Shown here: positions 1-12,635 of the stretch, piece by piece
Numbering within the stretch: the first letter of the stretch is position 1
Layout of the letters: the number at the start of each line of letters is the position of its first letter
Assembly: GCF_006345805.1 (NCBI RefSeq)
Contig: NC_043010.1
Span: 20,584,001 to 20,648,000, forward strand
From: Octopus sinensis
Lineage: Eukaryota
Reading direction: 5' to 3'
Length of the DNA stretch: 64,000 bases
Program-made: the position numbers and the translations under genes
The notes under the pieces: model-generated
What the model was told of the DNA's origin: nothing
The model's input: the letters and a program-made list of their open reading frames with translations, nothing else
Databases searched by the model: none

Positions 1-44
1 ATGTACGTATGTATGTATAAATGTATGTATGCATTCATGTATGC

Positions 45-84
<40 letters not shown>

Positions 85-112
85 TATATATATATAATAT
101 ATATATATATAT

Positions 113-351
113 ATTATTCTTTTATTCTTTTACTTGTTTCAGTCATGTTACCGCGGCCATGCTGGAGCACCACCTTTAGTCGAACAAATCGACCTCAGGA
201 CTTATTCTTTGTTAGCCTAGTACTTATTCTATCGGTGACTTTTGCTGAACCGCTAAGTTACGGGGAAGTAAACACACCACGATCGATTGTCAAGCGATGT
301 TGGGAGGGACAAACACGCGCACGCACGCACACACACACACACACACTCACA

Positions 352-392
<41 letters not shown>

Positions 393-560
393 GTATATGT
401 ATGTACCATTGATCGAAAGATGGTAGATAGATATATAATGGGTTTCCGCACAGTTTCCGTTCACCACATTCACTCACAAGGCATTTGTCGGATCGGGGAT
501 ATAGAAGACATTTGCCTTCGCTGCTGAACCCAAATCCACGTTGCTGCAAAACGAAATTTT
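113..560 (-). mobile_element. tRNA-derived SINE, family A (head, internal (CA)/(TA) microsatellite, 3' tail)
   Basis: Reverse complement matches full copies at 44696-45096 and 62577-63053 (tail ...gcggtgctccagcatggccgc...gaaacaagtaaaaga). Confidence 0.8.
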
Positions 561-622
561 TTACTATACAGACATGCTTGCACAGAAACATTCGAGAATA
601 CATACATATTATATATATAATA

Positions 623-670
<48 letters not shown>

Positions 671-879
671 TAATAATAATATAATAATAATAATAATAAT
701 AATTTAAACAAATAAGTATAATTTGACGAGTGTGTGTTTAAATGTTGAGCAGATCACCGGCACAGTTCAGGTTGCCTGTTGTCATCCACAGTCGTGGTAT
801 ACTTCTGCTAGAGTTTACTTCAGGAATTCCGCAGTGGCGGTTAGGATAATACTATTAATTAACAGGAACTGGATTCGGT

Positions 880-950
880 ACTAAACCTTTATTGGGTACA
901 AGATATGTTTCGACCCATCATTCTGAGTCTCCTCAGGTACATTGATAAGG
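880..950 (-). ncRNA. Type I hammerhead-like motif in a probable PLE 3' segment
   Basis: Minus strand reads CUGAGGA (936-930), stem II GACUC/GGGUC, GAAA (911-908), stem III ACA/UGU, GUA (899-897). Stem I next to the core does not pair. Confidence 0.5.
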
Positions 951-1011
951 ATGTCTCACCAGAGATTTTTGATGTCAGCTGGCTTGTTGTTACATGTCCA
1001 TCAAGTTGGGG

Positions 1012-1099
<88 letters not shown>

Positions 1100-1147
1100 C
1101 ACACAAACAAACACACACACACACACATAGTTGAAATTTACAGATAA

Positions 1148-1290
1148 AATAAGACGAAGACAGGTGTATAAACAAGAAGCAAGTGTATTAGTTTAACGCT
1201 CGGGAAGATGTGAAAGTCTTTTACGTTTCGAGCCTACGCTCTTTAACAGAAAGGTACACGACGAAATAAATAGAGAGAAAAAGAAGTCGT
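1148..1290 (-). mobile_element. PLE terminal-repeat fragment with degenerate hammerhead core
   Basis: Similar to 38150-38320, which sits next to the PLE ORF. Minus strand reads cttt-CUGUUAA-agagc-guag-gcuc-GAAAC-GUA-aaag (1253-1218); core is non-canonical. Confidence 0.6.
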
Positions 1291-1331
1291 GGATATGCTT
1301 TCTCTCCAAGAATTTGAACTGCAGTTTTTAC

Positions 1332-1384
<53 letters not shown>

Positions 1385-1385
<1 letters not shown>

Positions 1386-1718
1386 TCGAAAGTTCCTGGC
1401 ACTCCGTCGGTTACGACGACTAGGGTTCCAGTTGATCTGATCAACGGAACAGCTTGCTTGTGAAATTAACGTGCAAGTGGCTGAGCACTCCACAGACACG
1501 TGTACCCTTAACGTAAATCCCAGGGGGATTCAGAGTGACACAGAATGTGACAATGCTGGCCCTTTGGAATACAGGTACAACTCGTTTTTGCCAGCTGAAC
1601 TGAAGCAACGGGAAAATAAAGTGTTTTGCTCAAGGACTCAACGCGTCGCCGGGAATTGAACTCACGACCTTTAGATCGTGAACCGAATACCCTAACCACT
1701 AGGTCAAGCGCCTCTCAC
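1385..1718 (-). mobile_element. CORE-like tRNA-derived SINE, family C
   Basis: tRNA-like head followed by ccttgagcaaaacactttattt on the minus strand; similar to 58213-58520 and 49455-49680. Confidence 0.7.
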
Positions 1719-2085
1719 ACACACTTTTTTACTGGTTTCAGTTATTAAACTGCGGCCATGTTGTGGCACCACATTGAAGAACTTATAATTGATCATATAT
1801 TACTCTTAAGTCTTGTTGTTATAATATTAATCTTTATTTGTCGCTAAATTACGGGACCTCGTTTTTTTTTTGCAAGCGGTTTCATCGGAAAGACAAACGT
1901 TCAGATCGACAAATACAAACACACATTTACACTCATACACATATACACAAGTATATTTTCATACGTAACACATAGCTTCTTTATGGATGATCCGAAAATA
2001 TACGCCAGGGATATAACTGGTACGAAGTAGAGCTACGTTCTGGTTACGGCATTCTCAAACGATATTATGATATAAGGGGTTCTTT

Positions 2086-2303
2086 CGAGGGGGTGCGGAA
2101 AAGTTCCTGGCTTTGAGTAAAAGTAAATACTGGGGATTCAGGTAATCACGATTTTATTCAACCTATTCCCCTCTCAGATTCATACATCTGTTCCAGAGAT
2201 CCTTTGGTTTTCCTAAGTCATGTAAAAGAACTCGGAAGATTGGGCCGCCATCCAGGCCTTTCGCGGCTCCCTTAAAGCCGGGAATGTTTTTAGCACCTCT
2301 TCG
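2086..2303. mobile_element. Tc1/mariner-type MITE
   Basis: Imperfect ~29-bp TIRs (cgagggggtgcggaaaagttcctggcttt / aaagccgggaatgtttttagcacctcttcg); TA on the right flank. Confidence 0.7.
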
Positions 2304-2583
2304 TACATGGTTGTAAAGTGAGGGAGAACTACAATCCCATCAAACAACATTTCAGTTAATGGTCATGCGGTCTCTCCGATGAAGAATTCTGGAAGTACTT
2401 AGGGATGGATGAAAAAAATTCCAATAATGGTAAATGGAAGAAGGATCATGCAACGAGGAAATATAATACCAGGACAAATTTCATCAAAATTATTCTTTTT
2501 AGCTCATTTTTATGCGCGCTCACGCACACGCGCGCGCGCGCGCGCGCGCACACACACACACACACACCACACACACACACACA

Positions 2584-2620
<37 letters not shown>

Positions 2621-3867
2621 CACACACACACACATACACTGTCTAAGAATCCGCGAGTCAGAAAAAACCAGGCACTTGCATATTGGTTAATAGAATGGCC
2701 GTATGTGTGTGTATGTCTCTGTCTGTCAGTCTCTCTGCATGTATATAGATAGTCATGGCTGGACTACCTTTCATATATCAGGGACGACTTGGTATTAAGC
2801 AGCGGCAGCAGCAGCAGCAGCAGCAACAACAACAACAACAACGATAGTGCGACAGCGTGTTCAGTACAATTCTACATCCATCCATACAAGAGGTGGCAAC
2901 TAAGGAAGCCTCTACGTAGTTTTACAGTCTCCTTGAAATAGCAGCTAAATCTATTTGAAATAAACATTTTTCAAGCATTGCATTGAAGGACACGCGGAAA
3001 ATTCACATACAAGACGTGGATATTCTCTTTCCTCGTCAGTTATCGTCCAAAAATCATAACAATTTCGAGCCTTTAACGATAAATAAAGACACATTCGATA
3101 TACAAATAAAACAGAACGGTCACGGCTGGAATGTCTTTCATCAAGCTTAGAATCCGTTCGATCAGAGATGATCTCATATTAAACATCAATAAAAGCTACA
3201 AGATGCCAAGTACAATTACAATAGGCAGCAGTGAGGGAACTTTTATATGACGCACCAGGCTATTAGACATAGCGACCAAATCTCCTACGATTTTAGATGG
3301 ATTTATTCGACTAAAATTCATTCAGGGTGGTGCTCAAGCATGGCCGCAGTCTAATGATTGAAATAAATAAAAGATAGAAGATAAAAAGAATCTTTAAGAT
3401 TGAAATTGTCGGTAATTTTAGTCAATCAGAAGGTTCCATTATCGATCAGCCAGAAAAATGGGGGCGCTGTGACTCAAACGGAAAAGTTCCCGTTCTGTTT
3501 TGTAAGTGCCTGATCAGCGATAAACTGCCTTTAACCAACACCATCATCATCATCATCATCATAATCAACAACAACAACATGCTAAGTACAATTACATGTC
3601 CATCCACACATACAACAGCAGCAGCAGCAGGCAAGCGCTGTTGTGAAGCATGTTGTACAGTTGACATAATAATCTAAAAGCAAAGCTAAAGCATGCTAAC
3701 ATTCCTTCCTGTTCCTGCTTTTGTGATCTTGTCTACCGCCGTGAAATTGTGCGCTTGTTTGACTACTGCTCCCTTAATCCCCTCTTCCCCAACCTACTCT
3801 TGAATTATACAACTTTAATGGGGTCTAAACACACACATACACACACTCACACGCAAAAGGCGCAGTG

Positions 3868-4035
3868 TTGCATCATCATCACCACCATCACCATCATCAT
3901 CATCATCATTACCATCACCACCACCACAGCCACCACCATCATCATCATCATCATTATCATCATCATCACCACCACCACCACCATCACCACCACCATCGTC
4001 ATCATCGTCATCATCATCGTCGTCATCGTTGTCGG
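3868..4035. repeat. (CAT)/(CAC) trinucleotide microsatellite
   Basis: Direct reading; source of the poly-His/Ile/Thr pseudo-ORFs. Confidence 0.95.
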
Positions 4036-4369
4036 CATCACGCTCATCGTTTAAATAAAATGGTTTCTAACTTAGGCAGAAGGCTAGCGATTTTGAGGGT
4101 GAGTGGTTGTATGGGTGGTGGAGCAGTCGATATGATCGACCCTCGGAGGATGAAAGGCAAAACTGACCTTGGCGAGATGTGAACACAGACCGTGAAAAGC
4201 TGGGAGAAGCACCGCAAGATATTTCGCCTGGTGATTTTGTGATTCTGCTACTAACAACAATAACAATAATAATTCTAATTTTTGGCGCAAGGCCAGCAAT
4301 GTTGAGTGGGGCAGGAAGCCATTACACCAATAACAACAACAGCAACCTTATCCACTTAAAGCACAAGGC

Positions 4370-5050
4370 CTAAACTTTTGAAGGAGGGGGAATAGTCTAT
4401 TTAATCGACCCCAGTGTTTCACTGGTACTTTATTTATCGACCCCGAAAGGATGAAGAGCAAAGTCGACTTTAGTGGAATTTGAACTCAGAATAAGCATTT
4501 CGCCCGGCGTCTTAACGTTTCTGCCAGTTCACCGCCTTTACAACAACAATAATGATAATAATATTTGCTACTCTAGGTACAACGCCGGCAGTTTTGAGGG
4601 GAGGGGTTACTTGATTACATCCACCCCAGTGCAATTTGGTACGTATTTCATCAACCACGAAAACATGAAAGGCAATGTCGACCATGACGAAATTTGAACT
4701 TAGAGCGTAAAGACGGACAGAATGCCGTCAAGCATTTTATTCGACGCGCTAACAATTCTGTCAGCAATAATAATGAGAACTGCCGATCTGTTGTATAGCG
4801 ATAGCTTGTTATTAAGTGATGTATTGATGCAGAGAGCAAGCAGAATCGTTACTTTGCCAGGCGAAGTGCTTAACAGTATTTTGTCCTTCTTTACGTTCAG
4901 GAGTTCAAATTCTGTCGAGGTAAACTTTGTCTTTTACCCTTTCGGGGGTCCGATAAAATAAGTACCAGTTGGGTACTGGAGTTGATGTATTCGACTTAAC
5001 CCCTCCAATAAAATTTCTGGCCTTGTGCAAAAATCTGAAACCAATATATA
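4370..5050. mobile_element. Cluster of family B tRNA-derived SINE copies (two on minus, one on plus)
   Basis: Repeated module tcgaccccgaaaggatgaaaggcaaagtcgac...gaactcagaa and its reverse complement. Confidence 0.7.
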
Positions 5051-5485
5051 GGCGTGGGGTTAGAAGTTTGCTCCTTAACCAAATGGTTTCGGGTTCAGTT
5101 CCACTGCGTGGCACCTTGCGCAAGTGGCTTCACTAGCTACGACCAATCAACATCTTGTGAGCGAATTTGGTAGACGGAAACTGAAGTAAGCCAGTCGTAC
5201 ACACACATACACATGCATACATAATGCGTATATAAATGAGTGTGTGTGTGTGTGTGTGTGGTGTGTGTGTGTGTGTGCGTGTATGTGTGTGCCTTCCCTA
5301 CCACCGCTTGACAACCGGAGATGACTTATTTGCGAGCCAGTAACATTAGCAGTTCGACAAGAGAAACCGATGGAACAAGTATAAAACTGCGAGTACTGCG
5401 GGCGGTTTGTTCGACTACACCGTTCGAGGATGTGTCCCAGCATGGTCGCCGTCCAATGACTGAAACAAGTAAATGATGAAAAATA
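5050..5485 (+). mobile_element. SINE family A, diverged copy
   Basis: Head gggttcagttccactgcgtggcaccttg, internal microsatellite, tail ending gaaacaagtaaa. Confidence 0.7.
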
Positions 5486-5646
5486 AGATATCAGTTAAAA
5501 TTCATTGATTTTATACAAAATTTGGTGTCACCGAGAGGCCCTCACTGCATCTCAAACTGGTACCTTCGCTTGTTTCAATCATTGAATTGCGGCCATACTC
5601 ACACACACACACACACACATGCACACACTGTCTATACATACATACA

Positions 5647-5682
<36 letters not shown>

Positions 5683-5865
5683 TACACACACACACACACA
5701 TACACACATATATATATATATATATATTCGACGGGCTTCTTCCAGTTTCCATGTACCGAATCCACTCTCAAATCTTGGTTCTCACTGGGCTATAAGTAGA
5801 AAACACTTGCTCAAGGTACCTCACAATGGAATTGAACCCAGAACCATGTGATTGGGAAGCAAACC

Positions 5866-6270
5866 TCATTGTTTATCAAGCTGTTTCGGTTTCGACTCTG
5901 TTATACACGCGTGAAGCGTGGACTCTCTGCAGGAAGCAAATAAGAATTTTGGAAGCCTTCCACTTTGGCTATCTGCAGCGTGTTCTTAGAATCTTTGAGA
6001 AGGAGAAAATTCCTCACTCTGAAATTCTCAGGTGTGTGCTCGATCCATCAATGTCAGAGCAATGAACAGGAAACGCATTCTCCGCTGAACCGGGCAGGCA
6101 ATCCGTACGGAGGTTAACCAATTGCCAAGAATACTAACAGCAGGTTCTTGTCAATGTGGTGGGCGTATGAACTGTTGGAAAGCCCGAGCGAAGCGCATCC
6201 TCACTACCTGTAAGTTGACCTTGAAGAAGATGCGAATCGGAAGGTTTGGCCAGCGACTTGGCCAGCGATG
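5866..6270 (+). mobile_element. RTE LINE C-terminal fragment, degenerate
   Basis: VYQAVSVSTLLYTREAWTLCRKQIRILEAFH resembles the RTE post-RT region and ORF 31460-32317. Confidence 0.7.
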
Positions 6271-6354
6271 CTGTACAACAGTTTGAAGCCGAAATCACCA
6301 GAAAACAGGGTAGTCCCCGCCACCCCTGGCTGGATTCGATCGCAGAACATCAGT

Positions 6355-6900
6355 GATGCAGCTCTTCGTGGCTGTGTGGTAAGATTCTTGCTCCGCAACC
6401 ACATGGTTCCGGGTTCAATCTCACTACGTGGCACCTTGGATAAATGTCTTCTACTATAGCCTCGGGCCGACCAAAGCCTTGTGAGTGGATTTGGTAGACG
6501 GAAACTGAAAGAAGCCTGTCGGGTATATATATACATCAAATATTATTATTAAGTTTGAAAATGGATTCAATGGATATAAATTAATTAATTAAATATCATA
6601 TATTTTAATTAATTTACTAATTAATTAATTATCATATATATATATATATGTGTGTGTGTGAGTATATGTGTGTATGTTTGTCCTCCACCACCGCTTGACA
6701 ACCGGTGTTCGTGTGATTACGTCCCCATAACTTAGAGGTCAAGCAAAAGAGACCGATAGAATAAGTACCAGGCTTTAAAAAAATAAGTACTGGAATCGAT
6801 TCATTCGACTAAAAGAAAAAAAAACAAACCTTCAAGGTGGTGCTCCAGCATGGTCGTAGCCTAATGGCTTTGACAAAAAAAATAAAGATAAAAGATATAT
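6355..6900 (+). mobile_element. SINE family A
   Basis: Head, (TA)/(TG) core and tail co-linear with 62577-63053. Confidence 0.8.
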
Positions 6901-7649
6901 TCGGTTTATAATCGGATCTTCCCCTCTCTACCTGACTGCCTGCCTGCCTGTCTGTCTGTCTGTCTGTCAACGGTGATGATATTGGTAGTAATGGCGGTTG
7001 CGCTGGTGGCAGTATTAGTGATGGCGGGGTGTCTAGCGCAAGTCGTAAGGACGGTGGTGATGTTGATAGTCTAAATTGTTGCGACGGTGATGGTGTCGGT
7101 GAGTGGTGTTTGTGATGGGAGCCCTTCCCAACCACATATCGCTAAAGACACCTCTGAACTGACCGTCTGCCCAAATTGTGCCACAAAGGTAACTACAGGC
7201 CAAGCCAAGGGGTCAACGTCGTCACTAGCCATGAACCCTTATGTTCTTTCTTTCCAAAGTCAACAGGATCAGCTTATGAGCAGAGGGGTCAAGTATAGCT
7301 TTTTCACTTGCACTTTAGAACTACCCTCTTTTTTAATGATCACACGTGTAATACCATTTTCCCTCCAGCTTCTAGTAAAAGAGATTTCTTTTAAAATATC
7401 CACTAGTTCTGTTTCCCAATCTGGATATTTAGATTGCATGAAAAAGGTCTCCATGGCCTTGGCAAAGCACACTTATATTACTACTCTCTTCTCCCGCGCC
7501 TATGTGATGAATGGTTGTAGGTTGATGTTTGTCTTGCAAGCGAAATATTTCAAAGCTGTAGTTCTTTCAGAAAAATGTTCCAGTTTGTGAGGTTTTTCTA
7601 CTGAAGAACGTTTACAAGGATAGCGGTTCGCTGTTAATATTTCCGTTTG

Positions 7650-7862
7650 ATAGGGCAACGAGTTAGCAGAATGGTTACGGCACCAGACAAAATACTTAGC
7701 GGCATTTCGTCCGTCTTTACGTTCCACATTCAAATTCCGCCGATGTCGACTTTGCTCTCATCTTTTCGGGGTCGATAAAATTGAATATTTGAGTCAATTT
7801 AATCGACTTAACTCCTCCCCCGAAATTGCTGGCCTTGTGCCAAAATTTGAAACCAGTATTTC
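7650..7862 (+). mobile_element. SINE family B
   Basis: cttagcggcatttcgtcc...caaattccgccgatgtcgactttgc...tcggggtcgataaa. Confidence 0.75.
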
Positions 7863-7871
7863 CGCTTTGTT

Positions 7872-8350
7872 GTCGTTCCTACACGATTGCGTGCGGATCA
7901 GTTTCGTCGCTCTGTGCGCATGTCGCACAGTCCCGACTGAGAGTACCCCTTATGTGCGTTGAGTTTCTCTCGTTCTTCTGGTGCCCCTCAGTAGCACTGT
8001 CGGATGAAAGTTTTCTGAATGTTATCTTTGATAGTCTCCAACCCGAAAGCTGACAGGAACGGACGAGCCAGTTTGTTCTTGTCAATACCCAAAGATTCCT
8101 CGAGAACGTCGTCGTGCTTACCTTCTACCAGTCCCTTCTATATTGCCTTCATGGAACTTTCACATACCACTTTGCCCCACTGCTAGAAGGCGGCGAGTGT
8201 CTAATGACATTTCAAGGAATCATTTCTTTCATAAACACAAAGCCAAAAATTCTGGCCGAGGAGGTAGTCGATTACTTGCCTGTTACATCATTGAACGATG
8301 ACGGCAATATCATAAGAAGGACGTGTGTCCCGTATCAGTTCACAGCGTCT
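7872..8350 (-). mobile_element. Tx1/L1-like LINE ORF2 C-terminal fragment, degenerate
   Basis: Translation with stops, KGLVEGKHDDVLEESLGIDKNKLARPF...CAQSDETDPHAIV, aligns by eye with 19665-20200 (RGLVEGRYD...CPRCGQNNKTVLQTLVQC). Confidence 0.65.
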
Positions 8351-9022
8351 GCCTTTCCAGTCTCTGTTGCTGAAGAGCAGATAACTACTCCGAAATACAT
8401 TCCACGGTTTCTTTATGTGACGCTGTGAACTGAATCGGTGTCTTTAAACCTATCGGTCTACAGCGAAAACTTTTTCCTTGACAAATATCATATGAAGGAC
8501 CTGTGTCTCGTGTCAGCTTACGGTGTCTGCCTTTCCAGTCTCTGTTGCTGAAGAGCAGATAACTACTCCGAAATACATTCCACGGTTTCTTTATGTGACG
8601 CTGTGAACTGAATCGGTGTCTTTAAACCTATCGGTCTACAGCGAAAACTTTTTCCTTGACAAATATCATATGAAGGACCTGTGTCTCGTGTCAGCTTACA
8701 GTGTCTGCCTTTCCAGTCTCTGTTGCTGAAGCGCTGATAATTATTCCGAAATGCATTCCACGGTTTCTTTATGTGACGCTGTGAACTGAATCGGTGTCTT
8801 TAAACCTATCGGTCTACAGCGAAAACTTTTTCCTTGACAAATATCATATGAAGGACCTGTGTCTCGTGTCAGCTTACAGTGTCTGCCTTTCCAGTCTCTG
8901 TTGCTGAAGCGCTGATAATTATTCCGAAATGCATTCCACGGTTTCTTTATGTGACGCTGTGAACTAACTCGGTGTCCTTAAACCTACCTGTCTACAGCGA
9001 AATCTTTTTTCTTTGACAAAAT
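8348..9022. repeat. 178-bp tandem repeat, ~3.8 copies
   Basis: Units start at 8348, 8526, 8704 and 8882 (tctgcctttccagtctctgttgctgaag...). Confidence 0.95.
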
Positions 9023-9616
9023 ACTTTGAATGACTTTCTTATGGGTTCGAAATGTGCTTTCTTATGGAGTCGAAATCTTATGGTTTTCTTATAGATTCGA
9101 ATATACCTCAAGCATATTTGAACTGATAGTAAGTTTGTATTTATTTACATCACTGCTTAGCGCTGTCATCCTGTATTTTAGAAGAAAGAAACGTTAAGTT
9201 GACCTCGACGAGATCTGAGCTCAGAAATTAAGAAAGAACAAATACCACACAGCATTTTGTCTTACGCTCTGACGATTTTGCAACTATTTCTTACATTTCC
9301 CACCGGAACTTCGAATAAACGGGTCCACTACAAAACAAGATGAATATAGCGTTGGAGACATACGCAGAAACCGAACGAAGGGGTGGGGGGAGAAATAATA
9401 AAATAAAAACATCGACAACATACAAATAAGGGACAATAGAGGAGAACATCCACCGAGGGTGCACCAAGGAATCCCGAAGACCCAGGATCATCTTGAACAC
9501 CAATGGCAGGTGCCCTTTCTTAACTGTCATCTTCTGATGTACAGGAATATACTACAGTAGACTCACCAGTATTTTATATCCACAATGTACAATGAAATAT
9601 AATAATAATAATAATA

Positions 9617-9672
<56 letters not shown>

Positions 9673-9687
9673 GCTTCTGATCTTAAC

Positions 9688-10193
9688 TGATTGGAAGTGT
9701 TATCATGTACATTGTTTTGTCTTGGTATAAAAGATGGGCTACAGCAAATATTCTGCTCAATACCACAGATTTGCTTGTCAGTTGTTTGACCTTAACCAGT
9801 TGAACATGTCCCTTAGTGGCTGACGATATGTGCATCTCTGATCACGAGCAGAAGTAGTGGGGGAGCATCATAGCCATGTGTTGAGAGGGATTCTTTGAGG
9901 TTTGAATAGTTCACCTCTGGAAACATGGGTGGTTCTTTCAACATCCTTAAACAACCCTTATTCAGGGACCTTTTGAGCGGGATGGGCTACTCAACCTGAA
10001 GAAAATTCTAACTGGGCCCCACCTGCAAGGTCATGTGCTGTTTATCTTGATATGAGATCACCATGTCGCGCACATATGGTTGTGATGCATGTGCCTGGTG
10101 TACCCTTATCAGACGGGTAGTCATGATGGGTATATTGGGCTTCGTATATTTTACCCCAATGTCACTTTGATGGCATGCACTGCTCTCTCACTC

Positions 10194-10195
<2 letters not shown>
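9688..10195 (+). mobile_element. ~500-bp non-coding retroelement inside (TAA)n arrays
   Basis: Near-identical to the reverse complement of 25787-26281; ends ...ctctctcactc then (AAT)n; (TAA)n upstream. Confidence 0.75.
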
Positions 10196-10238
<43 letters not shown>

Positions 10239-10387
10239 GATAATAATCCTTTCTACTGGAGGCATAAGGCTTCAAGTTTGGGGGAAGGAATTAAATCGAT
10301 TTCATCGACCTCAGTGCGTAACTGGTACTTATTTAATCGATATGGTACATCGGTAGCGAATGCCCGGAATTGGTACAACGAGAATAT

Positions 10388-10945
10388 AAAATGAAAATAT
10401 GGCAAGGATGATCCATTGGGAGCTCTGTGGAAATCACAGCCTATAAAGAGCAAGGACGCGGTATGAGAAAACCCCAGAAGGAGTCATCGAGAATGAGAAT
10501 AGTAAAATTCTGTAGGATGCAATGATTCAGTGCGATCACCCGACCAGACATCGGAATCTGGACATTATTGTGGTGAATGAAAACATTTATGATAATCAAC
10601 ATAACATGTTCCGGTGATAACAGGGTCGATGTGAAAGAAGAAGAAAGAAAATAAACAACTATTACGACTTGAAATGGGAAATACGAAGATTGTGGTCAAT
10701 GAGGAGGGTAGACGTGATACCAATAGTAATTGGGGCACTTGGAAGTATCAGCACTCAGCTACCAACATGGCTGAAAAAGATTGGTGCAAGTGTGAAGGTA
10801 GAACATCTACAAAAATCAGCATTGCTTGGAACTGCAAGAATTCTTCTCGGGGTTCTTGAAGCATGACCAGTAAACAAGTGTCACCCTTAGTCTGCTGGCT
10901 TTTGACAGCTGACACTTTCCATCATACCCAGCAAAATAAGCTGAG
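10388..10945 (+). mobile_element. R4/Dong-like (RLE) LINE 3' end
   Basis: With stops and frameshifts: MARMIHWELC...ENSKIL*DAMIQCD...YYDLKWEIRRLW...VIPIVIGALG...LQKSALLGTARIL, then a short UTR and a (CAA)/(TAA) tail. Confidence 0.85.
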
Positions 10946-10979
10946 CTTTTATACAACAACAACAACAATAATAATGATG

Positions 10980-11034
<55 letters not shown>

Positions 11035-11049
11035 TAATAATAATAATAA

Positions 11050-11262
11050 TACTATAGGCACAAGGCCTGAAATTAGACAGGGGGGGGAACTAATCGATTA
11101 CATCGACCCCAGAATTTCACTGGTACTAATTTACCGACCCCAAAAGAACGAAAGGCAAAGTCAGCCTCTGTGGTGTTTGAACTCAGGCTGTGAAAGCAGA
11201 CGAAATGCCGCGAAGCATCTTGTCCGGCGTGCTAAAGATTCTGCCAGCTCGTCGCCTTGGTT
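11050..11262 (-). mobile_element. SINE family B
   Basis: Reverse complement of the 23803-24030 type head and body. Confidence 0.7.
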
Positions 11263-11344
11263 GCAAATTTTAGCACAAGGCCAACAATGTTGGAGGATGG
11301 GGGCTAGTCGAGGTCAGGGTACTTGATTCCACGCAAAAAGTTCG

Positions 11345-11625
11345 AGTTTTAAATCGTGCGGGTGAAAGGATCAAAATTTACCCTTTTGTCAACCCACACA
11401 GCCCTGTCTACCACGCAACTCTTTTGCTAGAGGAACACCGCCTGCCCTACCTTGTTAAAAGTTGTTGGTGTGGCGATCCTCGTCATGGATTCAGCCAATA
11501 ATCAAACTCGTGCCACTCGTGGTAACAGCTGTTCGACATTAACACCACAAGTCAACAATACACGGATATTGCACGAGTGCGCGCAGAACGGTTTCGTTGC
11601 TCTGTGCGCAACAAGAACAGGGTAA
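11345..11625 (-). mobile_element. Tx1/L1-like LINE zinc-knuckle fragment
   Basis: CCAQSNETVLRALVQYPCIVDLW...VEQLLPRVARV*LLAESMTRIATP is homologous to ORF 19665-20048. Confidence 0.7.
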
Positions 11626-11835
11626 GAAATGTTGGGGGTAGTTAGCTAATCGATTACATCATAGGTTCTCAAAGTGGGCGCTACCGCTCCCCCCCCCCAG
11701 TTGGCGTTGAGACAATCCAGGTGGGCGCTGGTGTCTAAGAGGGCGGTAGAGAAAAAAGAGGCTTTGGGAGGCAGTGGATTGGGGGACGCTATGAATTTAT
11801 AATATTATTATTATTATTATTATTGTTATAGCAGT

Positions 11836-12180
11836 GTAGTGAAGACGCATGGCTCAATGGTTAGAGCGTCGAGCTTACGATCGTGAGGTTGTGAGTTCGA
11901 TTCCCGGACCGGGATGCGTGTTGTGTTCTTGAGCAAGACATTTTTATTTCACGTTGCTCCAGTTCACTCAGCTGCAGAAATGAGTTGCGTCGTCACAGGT
12001 GCCAAGCTGTATCGGCCCTTTTGCTTTTCTCTTGGATAACATCAGTGGTGTGGAGAGGCGAGGCCAGTATGCATGGGCGACTGCTGGCCTTCTATAAAAG
12101 ACCTTGCCCGGACTTGTGCCTCGGAGGGTAACTTTCTTGGTGCAATCCCATGGTCATTCATGACCGAAGGGGGTCTTCTC
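11836..12180 (+). mobile_element. CORE-like SINE with tRNA-Arg(ACG)-like head, family C variant
   Basis: A box tggctcaatgg, cttacgat anticodon loop, B box gagttcgattc, then gttcttgagcaagacatttt CORE-like block. Confidence 0.8.
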
Positions 12181-12249
12181 CTCCTCTTATAGTACTGTAT
12201 ACAAATGATATGATATCATATTAAATATCAAACGATTCATAGTATTCTG

Positions 12250-12635
12250 TTATTCATTTACTTGTTTCAGTCATTTGCCTGCGGCCATGCTGGAGCACCG
12301 CCTTTAGTCGAACAAATTGAGCCCAGGACTTATTCTTTGTAAGCCTAATATTTATGCTATCGGTCTCTTTTGCCGAACCGCTAAGTTATGGGGACGTAGA
12401 CACGCCACCATCGGTTGTCAAGCGATGATGGAAGACAAACACAGACACAAACAACCCCCCCCACACATATATGCGATGGGCTTCTTTCAGTTTCCGTCTA
12501 CCAAATCCACTCACAAGGCTTTGGTCGGCCCGAGGCTATAGTAGAATAGACCTGCCCAAGGTGTCATGCAGTGGGACTGAACCCGGGACCACGTGATTGG
12601 GAAGCAAGCTACTTGCCACACAGCCACTCCTAAAT
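12250..12635 (-). mobile_element. SINE family A
   Basis: Full head-to-tail match to 62577-63053 on the minus strand. Confidence 0.85.

Noticed and set aside
1218-1253. Active hammerheads at 1218-1253, 32653-32679, 38242-38285, 52875-52908 and ~18930-19000
   Set aside because: Core nucleotides are substituted (CUGUUAA, CCGACGA, decayed, CUGACAA, GGGAAGA); treated as decayed motifs.
8348-9022. Repeat arrays as CRISPR (also 40557-40750 and 21173-21250)
   Set aside because: No unique spacers, eukaryotic context, no cas genes.
11836-11915. tRNA-Arg(ACG)-like sequence
   Set aside because: Acceptor stem does not close and it continues into a SINE body; it is a SINE head.
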